From Thermoplasmatota archaeon (GTDB lineage Archaea > Thermoplasmatota > JAKEGO01), in assembly GCA_028279595.1 (NCBI GenBank), contig JANQNK010000001.1, forward strand, positions 1 through 64,000: a DNA stretch of 64,000 nt, given 5' to 3'. Both the position numbers and the translations under genes were made by a program. The notes below the pieces were generated by a model. That model saw only the letters and a list, made by a program, of their open reading frames with translations, searched no databases and had not been told where the DNA came from. Below are positions 38,033 to 47,837 of the stretch, piece after piece. Within the stretch, counting starts at the first letter, position 1. Each line of letters starts with the position of its first letter.

Positions 38033-40981
38033 TCACTCGACTATGAACTCGAAGCTGCAACCGGCGCATCTGACGGTAGCGGGACGCTTCGCTGGAATGT
38101 AGACGGCGACCCCGCACATCGGACAGGGGGCCTCTGTCGCCATCGAGACCTCGTCATCGACCGCCTCGGAGGTGGGAGGTTCCGGCTCGGACACCTCGAC
38201 CTCCTCCCCAGGCTCCTCTTCCATCTCCTCCTCGACCTCTTCCTCTATCTCGTCGACGATCCTGGAGGGACGCCTTGCGGGGATCCGGTGCCCCTCCTCG
38301 GACGGAAGCAGGGCCTCAAGTTCCTCGAGCTTCTTCTTGAACTTCTTTGCACGCCTGGTGTGCTTCTCGTCGTCCTTCTTCAGCTTTCGGATCTTCCGCT
38401 GTGAGCCGGCGAGGGCGATCAACAGGACCAGGATGACCACGATGAGGACCATCGCTACCAGGTACATGATGTCGAAACCATCGTCATCATCATCCGAGAC
38501 CGCCTCCTTGACATGGAGGGGAACATGGGTGTCCATGGTCTCGATCCCATCGGAGGTCAGATACTGGGCTGTCAAAGTCACCGTGTAATCGCCAGCGACA
38601 AGGTCGGTGACCATGACCGTACCGTTGGGCGATGTTACATTGTATGATTTGGCTATGGTATCATAACGATGATCCTGCCGTATTGTTAGGAATGCTCCAA
38701 GAAATTCACCATCCCCCCCCCATGGATTCGTTTGATAGCCCAATACGAACGTTTTCCGGTTCTCGACCGAAGTGGGTACATGGACCTCGGCCCACCCTTC
38801 GAAATAGAGGACGATGGAACCCTCAACGGCCCTTCCATTGTCGAAGGCGCGGACGGTCACCTTGACGAAATCATCATCCCAGCCCGAAGGCACATATATT
38901 CTGAAGTCACCCACTGAAGAGCTCAAGTTCCCCGATCGAAGGCCGCCCAAGGCCTCGTATTCGATGACCGCATCTTCGGTCACATTTGGAACTGCATATC
39001 TGATCATGAACCCGTTCCCACTCCGGCGAACTGGATATTTCCCTACATGTTCGATAAAGACCTGGGACGAGGTCACCTCGATGTCTAGCGAACCCGTGAC
39101 CAGGGATCCGTTCACCACTGCCGATCCAAGGAGTCTTACTGTTCCGTCGGACTCCGGCATGGTGATCGTTATCTCCTCCTCGGTGGTCCCTGCATCAAAC
39201 GCCCCATCAAGGAATTCAGCCACGTAATCGACCCTGGCTGTGACGGATTCATTACTATCCATAACGACTACGTTGTAGTCGGCATCCTCCCCAGCTACTA
39301 CGATCTCAGGTCCAATGAATGAAAGGCTGCGGGATCCTCCCGAGACCGATACGATATGCCTTGTGGTAGGATACCCGACCGATGATATCGAAATCGAGTG
39401 GCTGCCCTCCTCCATGGATCCATGAAAAAGGACCGCTTTCCCGGAGCCATCCGTGGTCAGGTCCGTTTCCTCGCTCCCGACCTCGACCTCAATATCGACA
39501 TTCCTGACCGGTGATGACACCTTCTCGATCGTATATCCGGAGGATTCAACGAAATAAATGAGGTCACCCACTCGCATCAACGGTCTGTCGAATGGGTCGG
39601 TCCCCTCTGACATCGGTGGCACATAGGAGGTGACATCGCCATGCGGAGTCCGGATCCACCAAACCGGCCTCTCCCCGAGAATCTCGGTCGAGATCGTTAG
39701 CTTCAGAGGCTCGTCGGTCCCGAAGTGCGTGGCCCCCTCGACAGTTATGATCGGCTCTCCGAAGGCCAATGGCACGGTCTTCCTCACGGTCCTGGACGAG
39801 ATGTTGAGATAGAACTCGATCCTGTTATCGGCGCCGGTGGCCCAGAGGGAGTCTCCGTAGACCACGTCAGGCACGCTCGTGAACGTGTCATATCCGTTGA
39901 GCTTGTTGAGCTGGTCCTGGACCCTCTCCACACCGTCCACGGTGTTGTAGATCACGTCCCAGTCGAGCTCCTCGAAGTCATCGAGCCCCATGCCGATGTC
40001 CCGTGCCGAGAAGTAGGTCTTGGTCAATGAACCAGGTTCATACACATCCATGGTGGTGTCGGCCCAGAGGTCGCAGTAAGAGACGTGGATCCTATCCCTG
40101 AACATCGTTACGCCGTCCAGCAACATGGTCAAGGTGTAGAATCCCGGGTCCCCGGAGCCCGGAAGGGCAACGTCGGTCGTCTCGTATATGTTCGAATTCT
40201 GTACGCTTCCGGAGGGGGAGATGACGCTCATGTCGAGGTCTAGCGAGGTGTGGACCGTTATCGTCTCGCCGAAGTGATAGATGTCCTTTGCAGGGAACAC
40301 GGAAACATCCGAGACGGTGAACGTACCGATCAGTCCACCGAACTCCGTCCTAAGCTCATAGATGCCGGGGTCGTATGTCAGCGGTATCTCGAACCCGCCC
40401 TCGGGGCCTTCGAGGGGATCGCTGACAGAGGAGTGCTGGTCGTCGTAGACCTCGATGGTCCCGACATCGGTGACGTTCGTGACGGCAAGGTCGTTGAGGA
40501 CGGAATACCAGACGGTGTCCCCGGGGGCGTAGAAGGTCCGGTCCGTCGTAACACCCAGCAGGTCCAATGAGACGCTGTCCAGGAAGAACCCGTCACCGCC
40601 GCCCCAGCCGTCCTGGCTGTCGGGGTCGCATACTGAATAGACGTAGGTTCCAGCGTATGGATAAGAGGTGGCAAGGCTAACGTTGAACCAGCCATCGGCC
40701 TCGGAAGTGAACGGCCATCCCTCCGGGAGGTACGATCCGTCAGGGAACATGGTGTACAAGGCGGCGCTGTCGATGAGGGGTGTTCCCCCGTCATGCACGA
40801 ACACCGTCATGTTGACGTCCCCACCCGGGAGGAGTGCTCCAGTCCCGGGATGGTCGACGCTCTCCATCGTGAGGTCGGCCTCGAAACCGGAGGCACCACC
40901 CGCTGCCATGGCTATCGTTAGAATACATACTATCATCAGGCCCCGCACAACCCAACTCATCGTGTCCACCCGTCCACGCAT
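38033..40981 (-). CDS. Large single-pass membrane protein: MG/Ig-like ectodomain, TM, acidic linker, C-terminal Zn ribbon
   Basis: Signal peptide; TDRTFYAPGDTV-type repeats; TM near residue 840; CPMC...CAGC at the C-terminus. Confidence 0.75.
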   Translation of the reverse strand: MRGRVDTMSWVVRGLMIVCILTIAMAAGGASGFEADLTMESVDHPGTGALLPGGDVNMTVFVHDGGTPLIDSAALYTMFPDGSYLPEGWPFTSEADGWFNVSLATSYPYAGTYVYSVCDPDSQDGWGGGDGFFLDSVSLDLLGVTTDRTFYAPGDTVWYSVLNDLAVTNVTDVGTIEVYDDQHSSVSDPLEGPEGGFEIPLTYDPGIYELRTEFGGLIGTFTVSDVSVFPAKDIYHFGETITVHTSLDLDMSVISPSGSVQNSNIYETTDVALPGSGDPGFYTLTMLLDGVTMFRDRIHVSYCDLWADTTMDVYEPGSLTKTYFSARDIGMGLDDFEELDWDVIYNTVDGVERVQDQLNKLNGYDTFTSVPDVVYGDSLWATGADNRIEFYLNISSRTVRKTVPLAFGEPIITVEGATHFGTDEPLKLTISTEILGERPVWWIRTPHGDVTSYVPPMSEGTDPFDRPLMRVGDLIYFVESSGYTIEKVSSPVRNVDIEVEVGSEETDLTTDGSGKAVLFHGSMEEGSHSISISSVGYPTTRHIVSVSGGSRSLSFIGPEIVVAGEDADYNVVVMDSNESVTARVDYVAEFLDGAFDAGTTEEEITITMPESDGTVRLLGSAVVNGSLVTGSLDIEVTSSQVFIEHVGKYPVRRSGNGFMIRYAVPNVTEDAVIEYEALGGLRSGNLSSSVGDFRIYVPSGWDDDFVKVTVRAFDNGRAVEGSIVLYFEGWAEVHVPTSVENRKTFVLGYQTNPWGGDGEFLGAFLTIRQDHRYDTIAKSYNVTSPNGTVMVTDLVAGDYTVTLTAQYLTSDGIETMDTHVPLHVKEAVSDDDDDGFDIMYLVAMVLIVVILVLLIALAGSQRKIRKLKKDDEKHTRRAKKFKKKLEELEALLPSEEGHRIPARRPSRIVDEIEEEVEEEMEEEPGEEVEVSEPEPPTSEAVDDEVSMATEAPCPMCGVAVYIPAKRPATVRCAGCSFEFIVE

Positions 40982-41048
40982 CCACTTCGGATTATTAAAT
41001 CCTTTTTAAAGGAACGGGAAATGGGGACCGATCCACTAGAAAACCAAT

Positions 41049-41267
41049 TCAGCGCCAGTGCGCCCTGTCTATCTCCCTGTCCTTCTTGGCCTTCTTCTTG
41101 TACTCCTTGTAATGCTCCTGGCAAAGGTGGACGCGTCTCTTAACCGCGTGCCCCTTCTTCTTCGCTGGCGCGGCCACCTCGAGATACGGTGAGACCCTTG
41201 AAAACGGCAGGGACCTCGTCGCCTCCTTCTCGCATCCGGTCACGCCGCACTTCGGTTCCGGTGTCAT
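41049..41267 (-). CDS. Small basic Zn-finger protein (C-x4-C...C-x2-H), conserved hypothetical
   Basis: MTPEPKCGVTGC...VHLCQEHYKEYKK, 72 aa; host-like codon usage. Confidence 0.75.
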   Translation of the reverse strand: MTPEPKCGVTGCEKEATRSLPFSRVSPYLEVAAPAKKKGHAVKRRVHLCQEHYKEYKKKAKKDREIDRAHWR

Positions 41268-41370
41268 GGTGATCCTGCATCGATAATCCCCACCGTATTT
41301 ATCGATGCCGGTTGAATGGGGACCCAGGCCCCCGAAAAGTATTAAGAACGCTAAGGGGTCTCTAGTCGGT

Positions 41371-42864
41371 ATGCCGGGCTCATGGAGATGGGGTATCATA
41401 CTATCTATCCTCATCATCGTCCTCGTATCGCAGGGTGGGTCCGCAAATCGGGGATGGAGCGCCTCATACGGGGACGAGGTCCATTCGGCCCGCTTGGTCG
41501 ATGACTCCCTCTATCTCCTCATCGAGCAGGACTCCGTGATGTACCTTTCAAGGGTCGACAACGGCAGCCAGGTATGGCGGTATCCCCTCCCCGAGGGAAG
41601 TCCGGTGGTGGTACCCGCTGTATCCGGGGACATTGTCGTCACTCCTTTCGGTCGGGGTACCGCGGGCATCAACATAACCGACGGCAGCCTCATGTGGAAC
41701 ATCTCGGTCGAGCTGGCCGACGACCCCGAGATCGACGGTGCATTGATGTTCCTCCCGAACGGGTCGAGGCTCTCTGCGCGGTTCACCGGTGCACAGCACG
41801 AGGAGCTATGGAACGCATCGCTCTTCGAGGACCTCCGTTTCATTCTCCCAATCGATGACCTCGTGGTCCTCGGACACGGCGACGGCGTTGTCTCGGCGCT
41901 CAACAGGTCCGACGGCTCCACTGAATGGTTCGTGATCCCCGAAGGCGTCGAGCTTGGCCGGCCTCTCGTCGCGGGCGACGTGATCTACGTGGTCAGCGGC
42001 AACTCAACCTCAGGTGACCTGAACGCCATCAACGTCGGCGGATACATCGAGTGGACCCGGGAGATCGGTCCGACGGAGGCTCCTCCGCTGGCGTTCGACG
42101 GCATCACCGTGGTAACGGTCGACGGCCTTGTACGCTCGTATACCGAGAACGGGACGGCAACGAGATTGAACAGCACTGGATTGGCCGTATCCGATGCCTT
42201 TTCCGCCGACGATCGGATCTACGCCCTCACCCCCTCCGGCAACCTTACCGAGGTCATTCTTATGAACGGTTCTGCCGTCCCCGGTTGGAACCTGAGCGTC
42301 GGGACCCGCCTGGCACCGGTCGGTGTCGGTGACGGCCTAATACACGTTCATGATGGGAGTGGAAGCGTCATTGCCATCGATGGCGTCCCGTTGCAGGACC
42401 CGTTCCTCGTTCCCGGCTCGCTTTTCCTGGCGCACGATCCCCCCCTCGAGGGTTACGAGACGACCGTCAACTTCGGTGTCGGGAACCGGGGCACTGCACC
42501 CTCCAGCATTGTGGTCTCCGTCAACATCGACGGCGAGGAGTTCGATAGGAAGGCCGTCGCCATCGGACCCGGCGACGTCATCCCGATCGAGGTCCCGTGG
42601 AAACCCTCCCTGGGGGATACCACGGTCACGGTCTCGATGGAGGTCGATGGCGATGAGATATCCTACACCGACGACGAGCTGGAGATGACCACCGAGGTCG
42701 TGCAGACCGTCGAAGAGGACGACATGGAATTCCTCATGACCATCCTCGTAGGATTCGTCATACTATGGGGTCTCCTGATAGTCATCGCCATCGTCTGGAG
42801 GAAGTACGTCCACCGGACAAAACGTGTTGGCGGAAAGGGAGAGGCCGAGGAGGATGAGAAGTAG
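41371..42864 (+). CDS. PQQ-like (BamB-type) beta-propeller plus CARDB domain membrane-anchored protein
   Basis: Signal peptide; repeated G...W blades; VGNRGTAPS..IGPGD..VPWKP CARDB; C-terminal TM. Confidence 0.78.
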   Translation: MPGSWRWGIILSILIIVLVSQGGSANRGWSASYGDEVHSARLVDDSLYLLIEQDSVMYLSRVDNGSQVWRYPLPEGSPVVVPAVSGDIVVTPFGRGTAGINITDGSLMWNISVELADDPEIDGALMFLPNGSRLSARFTGAQHEELWNASLFEDLRFILPIDDLVVLGHGDGVVSALNRSDGSTEWFVIPEGVELGRPLVAGDVIYVVSGNSTSGDLNAINVGGYIEWTREIGPTEAPPLAFDGITVVTVDGLVRSYTENGTATRLNSTGLAVSDAFSADDRIYALTPSGNLTEVILMNGSAVPGWNLSVGTRLAPVGVGDGLIHVHDGSGSVIAIDGVPLQDPFLVPGSLFLAHDPPLEGYETTVNFGVGNRGTAPSSIVVSVNIDGEEFDRKAVAIGPGDVIPIEVPWKPSLGDTTVTVSMEVDGDEISYTDDELEMTTEVVQTVEEDDMEFLMTILVGFVILWGLLIVIAIVWRKYVHRTKRVGGKGEAEEDEK

Positions 42865-42913
42865 AGACCGGGCTGGGCCCGGACTTTGAGGATTGGCCTA
42901 TCGTGATGCAAGA

Positions 42914-43054
42914 TCAGTACATCGCGCTCTTCTTCTCCTCGAGGGTCCGGAGGACCAGTGCCAGATATCGCTGAAGGTCTTCAGGGCGTTCGTCGGAGTG
43001 CTTCTTTATGAGGGTCGCCGCCGCCTCGAAGCCATCGATGAAATCCGAATACAT
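42914..43054 (-). CDS. Unannotated small protein (46 aa)
   Basis: MYSDFIDGFEAAATLIKKHSDERPEDLQRYLALVLRTLEEKKSAMY; GGGGGAGG RBS; TATA-like ATAAAAA at ~43094-43100; GC3-rich codons; below the ORF-track cutoff. Confidence 0.7.
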   Translation of the reverse strand: MYSDFIDGFEAAATLIKKHSDERPEDLQRYLALVLRTLEEKKSAMY

Positions 43055-43235
43055 TTTGCCTCCCCCTTCCTTGAGATAGCATTGCCGTCGAAGTTTTTAT
43101 CTAGATTGGTATGAAATTTTGACATGGGAAATACACTCATTCGTTCGTGTTCAATTGTTTTTCCGCAAGGGAGCCAGACAGGTCCCGGTGCGGTCCTTCG
43201 GTGGTTTTTAAATAGAACTGGGGCGATTGGGCGGC

Positions 43236-43853
43236 ATGCCCGGAAGGCCACTCGACGAGTTCGACTCCAAGGAGCTCCTTGCGAAGCACGGGCTCAAGGT
43301 CCCGCACATGTTCAAGCTCGGCGAGGTTCGAGCGACGATCGAGTATCCGGTGGTCCTGAAGGCGGTCTCCGCCGACATCAAGCACAAGACCGAGGCGGGG
43401 GCCGTGGTCCTGGACATCGGGTCCGACGAGGAGCTCGAGCTGGAGGCGGAGCGGATGCGCGGACGGCTTCCCGGCGTCGAGCTCATGGTCGAACAGATGG
43501 TCCCGAAGGGTCTGGAGGCGATCGTCGGGGTCGTGGACGATGCCACGTTCGGGCGCGTCATCATGGTCGGCCTCGGCGGCACGATGGCAGAACTCCTTGC
43601 GGACACCTCGTTCAGGAAGGTCCCTATCACCAAACGGGACGCCGAGGAGATGGTGGCTGACCTCGAACACCGGGAGATTTTCTCCGGGTTCCGCGGATAT
43701 CCGGATGTCACTGATGAGCTCGTAAGGACCCTCGTCGCCATATCTGACCTGGTGGAGGTCGAGAATATTGTGGAAATGGACCTGAATCCAGTGGTCCTCA
43801 ACGAAAGCGGGGCGGTGATCGTCGATGCCAAGATCTCGGTCGGCAACGAATGA
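43236..43853 (+). CDS. acdB: ADP-forming acetate/acyl-CoA ligase beta subunit (ATP-grasp)
   Basis: LDEFDSKELL, YPVVLK, HKTEAGAV, FGRVIMVGLGG, EMDLNP; TTTAAATA TATA upstream. Confidence 0.88.
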   Translation: MPGRPLDEFDSKELLAKHGLKVPHMFKLGEVRATIEYPVVLKAVSADIKHKTEAGAVVLDIGSDEELELEAERMRGRLPGVELMVEQMVPKGLEAIVGVVDDATFGRVIMVGLGGTMAELLADTSFRKVPITKRDAEEMVADLEHREIFSGFRGYPDVTDELVRTLVAISDLVEVENIVEMDLNPVVLNESGAVIVDAKISVGNE

Positions 43854-44010
43854 CCCTTACCTGGAATCCCTGGGCAGGAATCCCCTGCTAAGAGGCTTCA
43901 TCGAGAGGAAACTTCATCACAAATTGATCAGGATCGGTCTCATCTGGTCGGTCATCGCCATGGTGATCGCGCTTTCCTATATCGTCTACGTGGTCTGGTC
44001 GGGCGCCTGA
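43825..44010 (+). CDS. Small single-TM membrane protein
   Basis: 61 aa with a C-terminal hydrophobic helix; GGTGA RBS 6 nt before the ATG; fills the gap between acdB and the Toprim gene. Confidence 0.55.
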   Translation: MPRSRSATNDPYLESLGRNPLLRGFIERKLHHKLIRIGLIWSVIAMVIALSYIVYVVWSGA

Positions 44011-44465
44011 TCGGACTTGCCATTCTTCCCTTCCCACACCGAAGGGTCCAGCCGTTCCTCCGCCCTTCGACGAACGTTCTCGAGGAGGGCGGGCAGTGCC
44101 TCAACGGTCCTGACCTCCCCGCGGGCGATCCGGGCGAACCGCCTCCTGTATTCGAGGTCCCATTCGACGGACTCTCCCTCGAGGTAAGTGGTGAGCCGGC
44201 GGGCGATGGTCCCGCCCGTCCTGTCCCAGTCCGTTAGTATGATGACGCGCGAGAACCTCTTCGCGAGGTCCGAGGCGAAGTTGACGAGGCTCATGCCCAC
44301 GTTGACCTTAAGCACCTCGCCCTCGAGCCCCAATCTCAAGAGTCCGGCGATGTCCTTGTCACCCTCCACCACGACCGGGTACCGGAGGTTGTCCTCCACG
44401 AGGTCCTCGATGGTCCTCTCGAGTTCGGCGAGGCGCTCGGTGTCGGTCATCGTCCGGGAATCCAT
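43986..44465 (-). CDS. Small Toprim-domain protein (UPF0292-like)
   Basis: VVVEGDKD and ILTDWDRTG Toprim motifs. Confidence 0.88.
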   Translation of the reverse strand: MDSRTMTDTERLAELERTIEDLVEDNLRYPVVVEGDKDIAGLLRLGLEGEVLKVNVGMSLVNFASDLAKRFSRVIILTDWDRTGGTIARRLTTYLEGESVEWDLEYRRRFARIARGEVRTVEALPALLENVRRRAEERLDPSVWEGKNGKSDQAPDQTT

Positions 44466-44633
44466 GTCAAAGATATAATACAGTAACGAGCCGCCGTAGG
44501 TGGTATGGTGAACGAGCCAAACAGCACTTTAGAGCACGTTATCGGCACTTAGGGCCGGATCCGCCGTGTCAAATTATTGCACAAATCTACTTATATACTC
44601 ACGGCCGCGATAACTTCTCAGACGCACGGAGGC

Positions 44634-46616
44634 ATGGAAATGGGAAGCGATCTTCCGGTCAGGATAGGCCTGCTCGCGCTGTTCGTACTTATCACAGTAT
44701 CCTTCATGATAGCCCTTGTCGAGGGCTCCATCACCACAGAGTACGAGGGATACCTCGGATCGGCCGGCGACGACGTGGAGATCCTCATCTCCGTGACCAA
44801 CGACGGCAATGCCTCCGACACGGCCGCCATAACTGTTGATGACACAAACGGATGGCCTGTGGCTGTCCCCGTCGATTTCAATATCGATGCTGGTGAGACC
44901 CTCGAGCGCACCGTGACAATATCCATTCCCGAGGACGCCCTTGCCACAGAACCGAACACTGTCGACATAACCTACGAGCTCGACAGCAGCGGTGAGACAG
45001 GTACTGACACAGTCCAGATCGATGTCGAGCAGGTGTTCGACATCAATGCATCTCTTTTCGGAGGCCCTTACTCTGCCGCCCCTGGTCGTTCCTATCTCAT
45101 CCACCTGATGCTAACGAACAACGGGAACGGCGATGACCTCGTTGCCGGGGAACTGTATGCTCCAAAAGGCCCTGCTGGACAGGGTCTCTACGATATCCAT
45201 CACGAGACCTTCTCTGTGCTCCTTTCTCCGGCCGAGTCGAAGACCATGATCATAATGTCCACCATCAGTCGAATGGCGGATCCCGGGAACGAGACCTTCA
45301 GGACGATCATCTATGCAAATTCATCTGGCGGGAACGATGACCATGAGCTATTCGCTGAGATCGGCGTTGACGATCACGATACCTGGATCAGGAACCTGAA
45401 TGCGACCATGGAGTCGCATGGAGAGGTCGTCGGGGAGTCCATTACCGCGACCGCGAAGTTCGGAACGGTGTATGCGAACGCCAATCCTCTTGCACCAGTT
45501 GCGAACCTCACTGTCTCGGTCCATTCCTCGGCGGCCAAGGGCAAGGAGATGCTGGATTCGAATACCACCTCTGCATTGATCAAGGACTTCGACGCGGATA
45601 CGCTGATAATGTCCCTGGACTACCCTACCACTGACTACGACGATTACGTGATACGTGCTACTGTCGAATACCTCGGAACGACATGGGACCTTGTCGAGGA
45701 GACGATCACCCTGGTCGAACCGGAGTTCGCCTTCGACTTGAGGTGCCTGGACGACGAGGTGACCCTCGCTCCGGACGATGACATGCACACGTTCGACGTC
45801 GCCATCGAGAACACCGGTAACGTCGCTGACACCTACACGGTCGATATCCTCTCCGAGACCCCGCCCGTCCTGTTCAACAACGGACAGATGACGATCACAC
45901 TCGAGCCGAACGAGGAGGTCCACATCTACGTCACCTTCGATCCCTCCATCCAGATGGGCAGACACGTAGCCCAGGTTCGAGTCGTGTCCCAGGGTTCGAG
46001 CGCGGAGATGACCGAGGATGTCGAGGCGAACGTTGCCGAGGCTGAGGACAAGGAAGGCGGTCCGTTCGGTGACATACCGACGGATATCGTGGTCGGCGCG
46101 ATCGTCGCCGGCGCACTGATGTTCTTCTTCTTCGGGACGGAGATCGGTTGGCTCTCACTGCTCGCATTCGTTCCGCTCTATTACCGCGTCACGGGGAAGC
46201 AGGTCCTCGACAACTACGTCCGCGGTAAGATCCACGGATACGTCATCGCAAATCCCGGCGACCACTACAACGGCATCAAGGGGCACCTCGGGATCAACAA
46301 TGGCACCCTTGCCTATCACCTCAAGGTGCTCGAGAGGGAGAACTATCTCAAGTCAAGGATGGACGGCAAGTACAAGCGTTACTATCCATACGAATCGATG
46401 ATCCCGAGCAAGAAGAAGCTCTCGCCGATACAGAAGCTGATCGTCGAGAAGCTGAAGAACAACCCCGGAGTGTCCCAGAGGAAGCTCGGAAAGCTCTCCG
46501 GGGAGAGCGTGCAGGTGGTCAACTACCACATGAAGCAGCTGGAGGACGCAGGGGTCGTGGAGATCGAGAAGCTCGGCAACCGGAGTAAGTGCTACGTTTG
46601 CGAGGGTTGGAAGTGA
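44634..46616 (+). CDS. Membrane-anchored transcriptional regulator: Ig-like ectodomains, TM, tandem winged HTH
   Basis: Signal peptide; three xNxGNxxD Ig-like repeats; TM; RGKIHGYVIANPG..GTLAYHL and NPGVSQRKLG..VNYHMKQL wHTH domains. Confidence 0.82.
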   Translation: MEMGSDLPVRIGLLALFVLITVSFMIALVEGSITTEYEGYLGSAGDDVEILISVTNDGNASDTAAITVDDTNGWPVAVPVDFNIDAGETLERTVTISIPEDALATEPNTVDITYELDSSGETGTDTVQIDVEQVFDINASLFGGPYSAAPGRSYLIHLMLTNNGNGDDLVAGELYAPKGPAGQGLYDIHHETFSVLLSPAESKTMIIMSTISRMADPGNETFRTIIYANSSGGNDDHELFAEIGVDDHDTWIRNLNATMESHGEVVGESITATAKFGTVYANANPLAPVANLTVSVHSSAAKGKEMLDSNTTSALIKDFDADTLIMSLDYPTTDYDDYVIRATVEYLGTTWDLVEETITLVEPEFAFDLRCLDDEVTLAPDDDMHTFDVAIENTGNVADTYTVDILSETPPVLFNNGQMTITLEPNEEVHIYVTFDPSIQMGRHVAQVRVVSQGSSAEMTEDVEANVAEAEDKEGGPFGDIPTDIVVGAIVAGALMFFFFGTEIGWLSLLAFVPLYYRVTGKQVLDNYVRGKIHGYVIANPGDHYNGIKGHLGINNGTLAYHLKVLERENYLKSRMDGKYKRYYPYESMIPSKKKLSPIQKLIVEKLKNNPGVSQRKLGKLSGESVQVVNYHMKQLEDAGVVEIEKLGNRSKCYVCEGWK

Positions 46617-46623
46617 TGCCCTT

Positions 46624-47019
46624 ATGATAACCATGGACACGATGAGGAAGGCGCTCGTGAACACCTTCGATGGAAGGATGAACGAGGTGGAGGCCGCCAA
46701 TCTCGCCGAGTTCGTGATGAACTTCTTCGGCTACAACGACAGGATACTCGACAACTACCTCGAATCGGGCGACAGGAACATCTTCTACATGCTCGAGGAC
46801 GAGGGACTTCTCCACGCAACACAGCAGGAGATATCGATAAAGGTCGGCCAGAGGTGGCGCCTGAACTTCTGGGTCCTCAAGACCCATGTGATAGAGCAGA
46901 GGGCGACCTGTCCGTGCGTTCAGGAGGAGACCTTCACGTTCCAGTCCCTCTACGAGGACGTCTGGAAGACAATGGCCCATGACGAGCCCCATGTCAGCGC
47001 CCACGGCGTCGTACACTGA
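46624..47019 (+). CDS. DUF6015-like conserved Thermoplasmata protein
   Basis: FFGYNDRILDN.L...DRNIFYMLED.GLL...WR..FW pattern (family recalled from memory, not searched). Confidence 0.7.
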   Translation: MITMDTMRKALVNTFDGRMNEVEAANLAEFVMNFFGYNDRILDNYLESGDRNIFYMLEDEGLLHATQQEISIKVGQRWRLNFWVLKTHVIEQRATCPCVQEETFTFQSLYEDVWKTMAHDEPHVSAHGVVH

Positions 47020-47039
47020 TAATTGCTCGGAAGCCCCAG

Positions 47040-47837
47040 TCACCATTCAGGTAAGCTGGCGTTCGTCAGTGCATTAGCGACCTCTGTGGGTCCCGATGCC
47101 CTGATGAGGTGGTCGAGCACCCTGCTCTCGTTCCTCACACCGATCCCGACATCCTCGAAATCGATCCCGGGATAACTTATGGCCATAAGTATCAGGGGTT
47201 CCGGTGGGGCGGTTCCGAACGACGCCGTAACGTCCGGCTTCTCTATGGCCGTCCTTACCCCTTCGACGGTAGACTCCCCTCGACCGACCGCAATGACAGC
47301 TGCTGCGATCCTTCTGACCATGTTCCAGATGAAAGCCACACCCTTCACATCCAGGACCAGCACTCCGGTCCCGTTCCGCTTAACGCGGACATCCAGCACC
47401 TTCCTCACAGTCTCCCTTTCGTCCTTTCTTGAGAAATTCGAAAAATCGTGTTCCCCGATGAACAGGCGGGCGCACTCTGCCGCCAGGTCTGGATCCACCG
47501 CAGGGTCCGTGATCAGATACCTGTACCATCTCCACGATGCGAACCTGGGATTGAAGTCATCATCGACGACAGCTATCCCCGTCACCGCGACCCCGTCCAG
47601 GGAAGCGTTGAGCCTCCCGGTGTCGATGGGTCCGTCGCTTCCAACGGCGCAGACGTTCCCGAGGGCGCTAACGCCCCGGTCGGTCCTGCTTCCCGAATGT
47701 ATCTCGATGGAACCGAATTGCTGTTTTATACCGTCTATGAGCGCTCCTTCGACTGTCCTCTTTCCTTCAACTTCGGGATATCCCTCGAAATCGGTCCCGT
47801 CGTAGGCGAAACGAAGCGCGCTTCTCAATACGGTCAC
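47040..47837 (-). CDS. truA: tRNA pseudouridine(38-40) synthase
   Basis: AYDGTDF, SRTDRGVSA, FNPRFA, GEHDFSNF, FIWNMVRRI. Confidence 0.92.
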   Translation of the reverse strand: MTVLRSALRFAYDGTDFEGYPEVEGKRTVEGALIDGIKQQFGSIEIHSGSRTDRGVSALGNVCAVGSDGPIDTGRLNASLDGVAVTGIAVVDDDFNPRFASWRWYRYLITDPAVDPDLAAECARLFIGEHDFSNFSRKDERETVRKVLDVRVKRNGTGVLVLDVKGVAFIWNMVRRIAAAVIAVGRGESTVEGVRTAIEKPDVTASFGTAPPEPLILMAISYPGIDFEDVGIGVRNESRVLDHLIRASGPTEVANALTNASLPEW

